Assembly (NCBI GenBank): GCA_002633005.1 | Contig: NMRA01000097.1 | Coordinates: forward strand, 893,734 to 957,733 | Length of the DNA stretch: 64,000 bases | Direction: 5' to 3' | From: Phoronis australis | Taxonomy: Eukaryota > Animalia > Phoronida | In this document: positions 37,651 to 49,800 of the stretch, one piece after another | How positions within the stretch are numbered: the stretch's first letter is position 1 | Layout: every line of letters starts with the position of its first letter | Program-made: the position numbers and the translations under genes | Notes under the pieces: model-generated | What the model was told of the DNA's origin: nothing | Seen by the model: only the letters and a program-made list of their open reading frames with translations | Database searches by the model: none

Positions 37651-40198
37651 AGGGGCGCTGCATCAAAAGATCCCTGCTTGGTTTCAGTAATATTGAGAAC
37701 TCAACATACACTTCACTGTCGCTTTGCATCAAAGCCAAGAATTGTCTTAGTAATGAAGCTAAAACAGCATCATAAAGGACTATCAGTGTTTTCACAAGTC
37801 CACAAATACGCATTAGATTTAGTGACCTTAAATGTCCCTATTTGGAACTGTTTCGTGCAATCGGGCATTGGGAACTTAAAGATGCGGAATTGACTTAAAC
37901 TGCAACAAATTAAAACTGCATTTCCTCAGCGTTTAGCTGCCAAAAACGAAAAAATTATTTGAGCTCAAAGTGTCGGTCTCATACTATTCCTTACCATGAC
38001 AGGGCTTCATTTTCCTCACCAGAGAAGAAAATCGAAGTCGTTAACGACTTAACAAAACACCATAAAGTTTTTTGGGGTTTACTAGGAACCATTGTGTCCT
38101 ATACGATTACCTAATATAAAATTGCTAACTCAAAAACGCATTGCCTGTGATTTGAGTTGCCGTCTCATTCGGCAACAATTCAAGATCGGAATACCATTGG
38201 TTTAATAAGAATTCAACATCGACAACTAAACATAGGCGAAATGGTCATTTGAAGAGCTGGACATTGCTAATAGCATGGATCAACAGGCATATGTTTCTGA
38301 GAACCATGTCATCGAGATTGGGTTTCGAAATGTGTGGTGGGTTTTGGTAGCAAAATCCTCATCAAGATCTTCTAACAGAAAATCTAATTGTTTACAGACG
38401 CTCGATACCTAGGACGGAATCGATGGGCATCTGCGTTTCCTTATATAATGTCTCAGGGATAGAAATTCCACACGTTTTTCCTAAAAAAATGATACTTTAA
38501 AAATGGCAATTTTCTACCTCTGGGCCAGACATAACCATGTGTGCGACAAATTTTGTCTCAAGCAATGAAATCAAGCCTTTCAGCAAGAGTTTGTTAGTAG
38601 CTCAAGTAACATTAATTTTGATTGGATAAAAGCTATCTATGGCTTCGTTATCGCTGTTGAGACCAGATGCTACCAGGGCTAATTAGAATTGACCTATCGC
38701 CAGAATTTTCAGTGACGGCTGAACTGACCAATTAGAACGCAGCATTCTTGACACACCTTTGTTTCCAGGCCGCCACTTTACCCGACAAACAACACGTTAC
38801 CGGGTAAAACTTACTGTTTGTTTGTCGACATTTCGCAAGGGAGCGGAGCTTGCGATAGGTCAATTATTACCGGCAACCCGCTTAACAGTGACGATCGGAT
38901 TTAGACGGTGAATCGGACCTCTTTAGAGACAACTGGGTTCTCATTATATTTGCTTAAGACATATTCCAGACATACATAAATTTGTAAATCTTAATCCGGC
39001 GTGACGTGGCCACAGGTGGCGTGCTGACCAGCCTTAAAAATGTTAACGATATTCCAGACGTGTTACTCCTCTGTGGGCATCACTCTGTAGACAATAACAA
39101 TAGCCGCCGTAGTCGACACTTTGCTCAAGGCATTTTTAAGTTTACCATAAAATCGCAATGCGATGTCTATTTCCAATGTCTCCTTTCGGGTAAATTAATC
39201 TCACTGATGCTCCATCGAAATAAACTAAACGTTAATGGATGCCATTGCTTTCAAATCACCGTTCCAAATTTTTTTCGACATAGGTGTAGTCATGACAACT
39301 CTTGGTGTATTGTATCTGTAGGAAAGCCAATGAAACAAGTAATTCTGGAACACAGATTCGACGACGCGCCTGATTTCGTGCCACCAGTGTACCAGTATTG
39401 TGTCAAAGAAAAAAAAACTATTCGAGCCCGTTGATTCCTTCGTCAAGGAACATTTGTTGTGTAATTCTGATTGCAATGAAATAATGACGTTTCACCTCTG
39501 TACTTTGATTGACAGTTTGAATAGTTCATTGTTATTGAAAACAAACCCGTTCGAAGGGAAGCCATTTGCCCAAGGAGTATATGTGCGCGTGCGCGTATCA
39601 ATTTGCAAAATGTAATGTTCTTTTCACTCCCTTATTTTCCGAATGTTATTAAATGTTTAAACAGTATTAACTCGGGGAATACAAGTATGCAGGCTAACAT
39701 ATTCATGGCCCGAGGTCTTGCTGTCTTCCGCCGAGCTCGATAGAACCCGCAATAACTTTATCAGGTGTAAACTTAGGGAAACCAAGAAAGACCGGTCACT
39801 TTTAAGTTCGGTGGTTGCGAAGATAATCTTGCCGGGATCGAGTCCATTGACTGTCTCGCGGCAAGGAAAGTCTAGCTGATGAAGCACGTGCTCTAATTGA
39901 AAGGTCACGTTGATAACTCGCGAGATCTCGCTTTTCCAGTGTTATTGAATCAGTGCGTTATTGAACTCGATCCAGTTTGCGGCTCTGCGTTAAGCGTAGC
40001 CTCTTAGTGGAATTGTGGTCTCTTCCAATTCTCAGACATCGGATAGACTGGGCGATTTGTGACAAAATCATAAAAACACAAAGGATTTTATTGTTTTATA
40101 GCCATGGCCAAAACTAATAAACTCACAAAGTCAACCCCGTTTAAAAATGATGGCGAAAATGCGTTTTTCGCCCATGAAACAGATTGTGGCTATGAAGC

Positions 40199-42112
40199 AT
40201 GTTTAAATACGCGTTGTGTGATACTAGAAATCTACGTGATACTCGAGTAGCGATCTTGTCAAAAACATTGATGGGCTGCTTAACGATAGCAAACTGAGGA
40301 GGACGATGATGTCATAGAATCATAAGCTGGAAGGGCTGGCAAACTTTTAAAGCGCCGATGACTTTAAAAGACCGCACTTGAGCAATAACGAACTGTCAGA
40401 TCTTTCTAAGCCTCGACATTACCTCCACCTTGACTAAGGAAATTTTTAGATCAATTTCGAGACCGTAAAGGTGTAAATGAAGAGTTGTTCTTGGAAGGTA
40501 GGTTTATCCGTTGTTTTAACAACGATGCTCCGCGTTGTTTCAGATGGACAACCACTTGGGTTGATTAACAGCATGCAGCCGGCGTGCAAGGCTTAATGGA
40601 GTTTGATATGTACTTAGCCTGTAGGTTACAGAACAATTTGTTGCTTAAGTTCACTTGCCAACAATAGCGTGTATAATCTTACCACATAAATTTACATAAG
40701 ACCGCGCAAAAAAGAAATTCACTTTCCATAGTTTGGTAGCTCATTTATCCGGTGGAAAAGTCAATCCTCTGTCACAACGCACGTTGGGTGATACAGACTC
40801 ATCATACACTTTTCTAATGTTTGAAAGCTCAGTAACAAAGGGATTTTTCAGGCAAGTTACGGCTCGTTCACAACATTTCCATCCAAGAATATTAATGGTA
40901 TGAATTTTTAGTTTCGAAATCGAGGGATATGAACTATGATGCGTCTCGGACGCGACCGAATTCTTGCCAGGTTGCACTTCTTCACCCGTCTTTTACGCGC
41001 TTCGGTCATACGTATGATAGTACACGCGAAGTCATTTCTCTTTAGGTCCGGGGTCAACCAGCTAAGAGATCTGATCGGTTCTTGATGACGACTCCTAGCT
41101 TCTAAACCATCCATACGCCATAGCCGGTTGACCCGGCAGAACCTGCGAAGACAATNATGTTTAAATGCGCGTTGTGTGATACTAGAAATCTACGTGATAC
41201 TCGAGTAGCGATCTTGTCAAAAACATTGATGGGCTGCTTAACGATAGCAAACTGAGGAGGACGATGATGTAATAGAATCATAAGCTGGAAGGGCTGGCAA
41301 ACTTTTAAAGCGCCGATGACTTTAAAAGACCGCACTTGAGCAAAAACGAACTGTCAGATCTTTCTAAGCCTCGACATTACCTCCACCTTGACTAAGGAAA
41401 TTTTTAGATCAATTTCGAGACCTTAAAGGTGTAAATGAAGAGTTGTTCTTGGAAGGTAGGTTTATCCGTTGTTTTAACAGCGATGCTCCGCGTTGTTTCA
41501 GATGGACAACCACTTGGGTTGATTAACAGCATGCAGCCGGCGTGCAAGGCTTAATGGAGTTTGAAATGTACTTAGCCTGTAGGTTACAGAACAATTTGTT
41601 GCTTAAGTTCACTTGCCAACAATAGCGTGTATAATCTTACCACATAAATTTACATAAGACCGCGCAAAAAGAAATTCACTTTCCATAGTTTGGTAGCTGA
41701 TTTATCCGGTGGAAAAGTCAATCCTCTGTCACAACGCACGTTGGGTGATACAGACTCATCATACACTTTTCTAATGTTTGAAAGCTCAGTAACAAAGGGA
41801 TTTTTCAGACAAGTTACGGCTCGTTCACAACATTTCCATCCAAGAATATTAATGGTATGAATTTTTAGTTTCGAAATCGAGGGATATGAACTATGATGCG
41901 TCTCGGACGCGACCGAATTCTTGCCAGGTTGCACTTCTTCACCCGTCTTTTACGCTCTTCGGTCATACGTATGATAGTACACGCGAAGTCATTTCTCTTT
42001 AGGTCCGGGGTCAACCAGCTAAGAGATCTGATCGGTTCTTGATGACGACTCCTAGCTTCTAAACCATCCATACGCCATGGCCGGTTGACCCGGCAGAACC
42101 TGCGAAGACAAT
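40199..42112. repeat. ~957-bp tandem duplication joined by a single N (41156); likely haplotype/assembly artefact
   Basis: Copies 40199-41155 and 41157-42112 differ by about a dozen substitutions and a 1-bp indel. Confidence 0.85.
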
Positions 42113-43434
42113 ATCATTTGCAGTCACTGTCTATGTTTTGGGCTAGATAACGGAAATGGAACCCCACCACGGCATGCAATATTATGAGACCGATTTGATG
42201 AACGTAAAAGACATAATTCGACTTTTGTTTTTAGCCTTCTAAAAAGATGGTGAAATGCATCTTTAACTAAATAATAATTATTTAGACTAACATTGTCCAG
42301 GGTAATTTCACACACTACCAATTCGTTCGACTGCGTTGAGAAGGACCATGACGTATGTGAAACATTTGCTCCAGCATGAATGTTCCATAACAGTTTTGTT
42401 GATTGCTTGCATTATTTTCCGATTTAAGCGGCGTGCCACTATTTAGAGATCATGTTCATTATTTATAAACCATGTCGCTGGTTTATAAATTGGGCATCAT
42501 CTATTTGTAAATGAGTTCAATCCAGTTTTAACGATTTCCGAGTTAAAACGACTCCCAGGCAATGTTTTAAGAATAAACAAATATCGTTAAGCTTGAACAA
42601 TGATTGATTTAGCTGAAACGAAAAGTCATTGATTAATAATTTATAATTTTGAAACACATGCTGCCACATACGCACATGTGAATTTGATGTAACTAGTGAA
42701 AGAATATCTTGCCTTGGTTGCTCTTACATTTGGCCAAACATTCTACCAATCACAACCGAGAAGTACAATGACGTAAGCCACCAGGCCAAATGTTCACAGT
42801 CTGTCTGCGATCAGGGGGAGCTAAGCACGCTTTCTAGAGGATGTGGCAGCAAAAACCCGTCGCGTGGCACTATCTTCTCAAAAACGCATTTTGGTATTAC
42901 ACCTGATTTCCTAGATTTGCACGGTTCGTAGGTAATAAAACCTACCCCACGCATCTTATTGACACTTAGCGCCAGCTAACTAACGACTAATGCTGAGAAA
43001 ATAGAAATCAATGACCAGTGGTAATGAGCAAACAGCCACAAGATAGCATAATGTCTCGCATGCAGACGTTTAAGTTTTGTTTATACTGCAATAAACTCTT
43101 ATGTGAAACCGGAAAACAGCATTCTAAGCTAATATTAGATTAGATTAATGACCAATAAAAGGCGAGGTTTTTGTAATCAACCACTAATTTTGTTCATTTA
43201 CGACAACTGGCTGGAAATACTTAAACATACAAGAATATATTGGATTAGGATTATCAGGGTTATGGGCGAATGACAAAGTTCGGATGCAGTTTGACGAATA
43301 GGTAGCCTAGATTTCCATGGAGATTAATTAAAGCGCACTATAGTCATAAACGAAATTATATCGAGAAGACATTATCTCACGTGAAAGTTATGGATAATCC
43401 TAGCTATTTGAAAAACACGAAATTTTCCTCCTAA

Positions 43435-43564
43435 CATGGGCGGCGCAGCACTGAAAAAAGTGGGGCCCCCATGTGGTGCACCGCCTATAGACCATGTGCG
43501 GCCTAGCACTGAAAAAAGTGGGGGCAAAAGCCCCTCCCCATCCCCCTATGGTGCGCCGCCCATG
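43435..43564. mobile_element. Tandem pair of tiny MITEs (TIR CATGGGCGGCGCA)
   Basis: catgggcggcgcagcactgaaaaaagtgggg occurs twice; ends tgcgccgcccatg. Confidence 0.7.
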
Positions 43565-45978
43565 TAACTTCAGAGCATTATAACACAGGACGTATAAAGC
43601 AAAAGCATACACATCCGACAATACGTCTTCATTCGAATGACACAAAGTTATGTCGGATAGAAAGTAAATACAGAATGATATTGTTCGTGACATACGCGAT
43701 GTGCTGTCCCCCCCCCCCCGGCCAGTTAATTGAATATGAGACCACATCCATATAGGTCCTATATGTGAAAGCTTACTGGCCCCGCGGCAAATCCACTGGC
43801 CCCTGGTCCCGCGCCAGCGTGTATTTCGAACGCTGGTTAATATATCGATGCAGAAATCCATTGTTGAAGAGACAAGCATGCCGTGCGATATGTTATCGGA
43901 GCTAAATCGCATTGTCGGATCGCGCGGTTTTACCCACACACATCTTTAACTTTCATTCGTTTCGGAGCAGTATATCGCAACAAAATGATCAATGAGTCTC
44001 CAAAGATGAAGCTTCAGATGATTTACAAACTTCTCTCAAAACGCGTCTGAGAAATTGACTTCAAAATGTACCGCTTGTGAATAGGGTTTAAACCGACATG
44101 TACACTAGAACGTTTAGGATTTTTATGAAAAACGAAACAAAATGCATTTTCGAAATATCCTCTTGCGTACTATAATCTAAAAATTGGTAGAGACGTTATG
44201 TATATTTTACTGACATACATGGTCACGTGGTCCAACCAATGGTGGATTGGTATCTTGGTACCGGAGAATCCTAAATTAAATTCTACACACTTATTCCTTT
44301 TATACTATAATTGAATTGATGTCAGCAGTTTTGTTCATATTTAGTAAAATGCATTGATTTTGGGGATGAGGTTATTAGGAAAATTAAACAGCACGCAGAC
44401 ACTTATATAACAATCGAAGGTAGTATGCAGTAATTTATCTAAAGTACATTCATAACTTAATTATTTTACAAAATTTTAATAGTATTCTTTATGTCTTCAG
44501 ACGACTGAAAGCGTTACCTTACATTATTCGTCGATATCTCTAAACTTGTTATAACAGACACAAAAATGATTATGCAATATTTACTTCTTTAATTGATTCA
44601 TTACTGGATCAGGCCTAGCTGTTCTGCTCACGAGCACCTTTGCACAAGTGTACATTCTAATACCATAGTAACGCATCCTAGAAAAGTGGCTGCGTGAAAA
44701 GGATGACACAGCGCTTATTTTGTCAAAGGTCATACCGCGACAACGGCCACTCGGCGTTGTTGTATGTACATGTACAGTGTATCTTAAATTTTCACACTTC
44801 GTGAACTAGTTCATGAAAAGGATCGTCAAGTGCTAAGTTTTAACACTGCAATTGCCATCACGTGCCTACAACCGTCATGGCAAGAAACGGTATATAACCA
44901 TTTTGTTCGACTAGGTGTCTGTTAAAATATCGCATATAAATATACTGCAATCAAAACTCATTAAAATTAACAACTTAAGACGGAATTTAATTCTAAAGAG
45001 TTTTTACAAAATAGGAGTAATTGCAAAAGCGAACAATTTGTTAGTCAGTTTCCGGAAATGGCCATCTGCTCCCAAGATGACTTTGGTGTGCCGGAAGTGG
45101 CAAAGGTGTTGATGATAGCGACAGGCATGTATTTGTTAAGTTGTCGGTCGCTTGAGTGACATGAACGAATAAGAAAATCGGCAAGCCCGTATTGTTGAAG
45201 TTATTGATACAGACAGTTTGGAGAGGCTCGAGACGATGAATGATGATTTCACCAAAACGTCAATAAATAGCTCTCATGTGTCTAAACAAGCAGACAGATT
45301 TTGACAGCGCATTTTCTGAGAAATGTCAAGATACAATAAATACATTACACAGATGAACAATAAGTGGCGATTAACAACAGGATATGTTCTTGAAAGCAAG
45401 GAAGTAACTTCTGCACGGTGTTGGGGGTGTGGCTTAGTTCGGCGAAGAAATAAACAGTTGTGTAAGAACGCAAATAGTTGAGCAAAGAGCTTCATCCAAA
45501 TGATTGGTCGAAATTTGACAGTTTTGAAAAGTGGTTTTTGTGGACTCTTTGTTAGTGTGTAATAAACTTGTCACTCTCAAGTTTTCTAAGTATTTTTAAA
45601 TTCTGTTGTATTTTTCCTGCCATGAAAATTTGTGGTATGTGTAAAATTGAAAGAGGTGCGACGGTTTCACGCGAGACGATGGTCGACAAACCAGTTCACG
45701 TCTATTACCGTGGAAGCGTCTCGTGCCGTAATACGCACGAGCGTTTCTGTCAGTTGTTACTTACTGAATGATCACGAGGCAGAATTGTCAGGCAATGTAA
45801 ATTTTAATCAAACATGTTTCAAATCAACGAATGACAAGATTACAATTCATTTTAAGGGATGAGCTCAATTAATTTCGTCAGACAGATACATGTGTTGAGT
45901 AAGTCGGAAGTACTATATTTTTACCTTGGCGCAACTTTAGTTGGAGCAGCTTCTCAGACAAAAAATACGGTGAAATAC

Positions 45979-46175
45979 GTGGGATAAGCGTCCGCTTCTT
46001 GTACTCAAGATTGTGGGTTGGAGTCCCGCGCACACTGCTGGACACTTGAATCAGGTCCCTAGCTCTTCAGCTCGGTTTTAACTTTATGAAAAATGATTTC
46101 AGGTGATCAGTTCAATGGGCCCACCTGAGAGCCCTGCGCACGTCTGGTACAACTTGTGCTGGACTGCCTGGAATT
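45979..46175 (+). mobile_element. tRNA-derived SINE, copy B
   Basis: Degenerate B box gttggagtccc; body shared with the 61269 copy. Confidence 0.8.
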
Positions 46176-48189
46176 ATTTTTTATTAGACTGATGTTATGG
46201 TCTGTGCTCAACGATGGACAATGACTGGCTATACTTGTACATGATTTTGTTCTACTGGAAAAGCAAAATACTTGGCTGATGTCATGGCAAAATTTTTGAA
46301 ACCATAACAGATATTTTAATAGCAAAAGAACGGAACGTGAGGCATAATCTCGAATAAATAATGTCACAAAGTATTCCGCTGGTTTGTAAAGTTAAAATGC
46401 CGCCTTGTGGAGTAATTATTGTTGTGTAGTTTCCCGTTTTAATACTTCGGATGCTTTTGAATAATTCGATAACTTGGATTAATTAACTGGCGTCGAAAAC
46501 GGTCAAACGAAACGATGAAACAGTGCAGAAATATTTCCCTGAAATTTCACTTTTGTCTTCAAAGGGACATTATCGGTTATACCGCCAAAAATGTGCTTTA
46601 TGATTATTGTTGGATCAGTAGAACTTCTTCTAGTAGAGGCGTGTCTTGGAACTTTTTGCGTCGTTAAGATAACAAGGCGTAAAACAAAACAACAAAACGA
46701 TTCAATGTACTTTTCCGGCGTCATTCCCGGCACATATGTTAACGAGAAACGTCAGAACCGAGGCATGCGTACGTCTGATGCCCACACTCAGATTTCTGCT
46801 TGTCGGTAATCATCCTTTTACGGGGTCACTTTCCTCCAGAGGTGGCGCTGTGGAAGAGGGTAAGCACGTCTGCAAATGTCAGTTTGCCTTGTTCCGCAAA
46901 ACGGAGAATATGTGTGGTGAAATGTTTGCGAATTTTTAAAATGAAACTAGCTTTATCATTCAGCTACAATCTTTTAATAGGACCATTTTGGCGAATATTT
47001 ACTGTATTTTGTCCTTTCTGCGACTGGGATATTCGATTTCGCTGGTTCCCAGAAACACCCCCACAATATATCCTACAAGCAATCACTGCTTTGCAGTCGC
47101 ATGAATGATTAACGAGGCATGAAATTCGACCTCGACACGAACGGCTAAACGATTGAGCAAAGCAGTCTGATGCGAAAAGTATTGCGCGAAATGTCATGGA
47201 ATTGAAACTAATTGATACGACTGTCAAAGTAACATAAAAATTGTGCCGCTTGATTAAACGAGGTTGTCAAGATGTTTTTGTTATTTGCTAATTCTGTATT
47301 TGATCAGGAAGGAACATTGCATTTTACTGCACGCTCGAAAAAAGGTGGATTAACTGTCACAGCAAGCTTCTGTAAAATACATTTGATTTTCATGGTAAGA
47401 AACGCTTCGAGTTTGAAATGTTTTTGGAATAGTAATAGCTGTTCCTTTTCCGTCGTCATTTTCTGCATTTCAACAATGCACACTGTACTCTGTCAAACGC
47501 GTAGTCCACCTCCGAAGTAGTACTAATTTCGTTGAAATTTTCAATTCACAGATGAAACTCGTATTGAATTCGTTCACGAACTGCATTGGGTTGTCTAGGA
47601 TTTTGTTCAGGAAGGTTCGACAAAGAACAGGCATAGAGGGTACTTGATATTTTGTCATTATAGGGACGAATCAGTGAACGTGTAGGGGTCTTCGTGGCCG
47701 GTTACAAGGAAACAACCCCAAAATGATGACAAAGAATAACTTTTCAGGGCAGTTTCTAGACTCTGTGCAAACACGAGCTGTTCTTTCTTCAGCTATCTTA
47801 AATGTTCATTAAATGCTACGTCAAGTTTTAGGTTTGATACATTGCGAGATTAAAGTCTATCCTGCATTCTTAATATTAACCAAGATGAACTGGAACAATT
47901 TCATGCAACTGTCATTATTTAGGACTAAATCCCTATTTACTTCCCATTAAAACTAGGGCTCAGTTTTCATATATGTTATTAGAAAATGTCATAGGTAAAA
48001 GAGGAGCTCACAATTTAGACAAAATAATAGAAAAGTATTATACAAGCGAGTAAACAAAGTCTACCGATGCGCTGAAAAATTAGGGAACATAGTTGAATCG
48101 CTATAAGGACTGTTTTATGCAACCGGCCATAGGACACCCTTCTGGATCCGTGGCTGAAATGATTCTGTTTGTGAGGGACACAAGTCTCC

Positions 48190-48329
48190 CGTTCAGTAAC
48201 GCTAGGACCTCGCTAAAAAGCAAGACTTCTTGAGATAACGTTAGATATTGCCGTGTATTTAAAATGAGAACACGTGACTTTGGCTAGATTTTACCTAGGT
48301 CCTAGCGAAGGTCCTGGCGTTACTGAACG
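48190..48329. mobile_element. 140-bp MITE with ~25-bp TIRs
   Basis: cgttcagtaacgctaggacctcgcta pairs with tagcgaaggtcctggcgttactgaacg. Confidence 0.75.
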
Positions 48330-48612
48330 CACGCCAGAGGTTCAGTTCGTTCTTGTGAAAAATACTTGGTAGTAAAATCTGGTGATATCACATGCTTCAC
48401 CTGTAATCCATGTCAAAATCTCAAGGTGAGTTGTGTGATCTCGTCAAAGTCGATAAGACATTGTCTTATGGATTGCAGCCCACCTCCAATTAGAAGCAAT
48501 TAGAATACTGATCAACACTGAAACGCATCAAGCCTGTGCGTTTTCATGAATGTAAAAACATCACCAGTTTTGAAGCAGGTGTGCTTAACGTTCATATGTT
48601 GCTTCATTACAG

Positions 48613-48717
48613 ATCGGTAGTCTTGACAACCACTACCTGTTCGTTCATAGCGACGCTCCGGCTCGGTCCAAACGTAGCACCCCTCATCTCCACAAACGGT
48701 TGTCGGACGACCCACGG
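48613..48717 (+). CDS. PCSK1: PC1/3 exon 2 ([35 protein letters not shown])
   Basis: ttacag acceptor, GTAAGT donor, 105 bp, phase 0-0; aligns to human [35 protein letters not shown]. Not in the ORF track. Confidence 0.95.
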
Positions 48718-48878
48718 GTAAGTTGTTGACTCTTAAAAAACGACCTCTATTACAATCAATACAGATGTACAACATCGCATCGAAATATTGAAAAGGATTG
48801 TGTCCAGCGCTACCCTCATGTACCGTTCTTTTGTGACTTGGATGGGCAGTGGGACGACTTCCAAACGTTGTTAGCGGT

Positions 48879-49800
48879 ATTAGTATTAGTATTTATTTAT
48901 TATAGTGACAAGTACAATTAAATCAAACAGTTATATGTATAAAATTCGTAAGAAACATAAGTACCCAGCCCAGTTGGGCTTATTAGTCACTTTAACCACA
49001 CAACTCAGTTGTAGGCCTACCATAAATGCGTCGGTTTTCTAAGTTCAAAAGCAGACTTGATATATTTGGCAAATTGCCCAGGGAAATACTGAATTAGCAG
49101 TTTTAACGTATCTAATCTACTGAAATCTACAAAGTTCGGGATTTGAAGTGAAACATTATTAAACAGAATAGACCTCCGTGAGTTATAAAGAGAACAACCA
49201 AACACAAAGTGTAGCTCATCCTCCACAGAGCCAGAGTCACAACACAAGCGAAGTCTTTCACTTACAGAAGTGTTTACATAACGACCAGTTTCCAAGTGCA
49301 ATGGGAGATTTCCTGCTCTAAGCTGAGACAGAAAAGACCGCTCGGAACGAGATAAATTAATCTTTACACGGCTCAGTTAAAAACTCGTACTTAAATAAAA
49401 CGTAGGTTCGAAACTCGGGTTTAGTTACAACAGATTCAGCCCAAGCATGTTTCGCGTATTCAAATACTTTGTTTCTAGCATCTATTATGTTACAAGTAGT
49501 CAAATTTTGAAAACAGGATTGCATGCCAGTTATGTTAAACTAATTTTTGATTCCGTTTATCCAACGCTTTCTACCAACAGAGTAGTCTCGTAGAAATACC
49601 TTCTTCAGTAACCTATCACCCCCTGTGGTTACTAGTTTGTTCCAAAGACTCAACATATTCAATTTAAATCTATTTCCGGTGAAGTCCCCCCATATCGCCA
49701 CTAAGAGCATGAGTGGCTGTAAATCGGTTGACCCCTAAATAAAAACGCATCGCTCTGTTTTGTATATTTTCATCATTACCAAAATTTTTGTAACCTCAAA
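48879..49800 (-). mobile_element. 5'-truncated CR1/L2-group LINE 3' end with microsatellite tail
   Basis: RSFLSQLRAGNLPLHLETGRY...LCCDSGSVEDELHFVFGCSLY motif; tail ataaataaatactaatacta on the minus strand. Confidence 0.85.
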
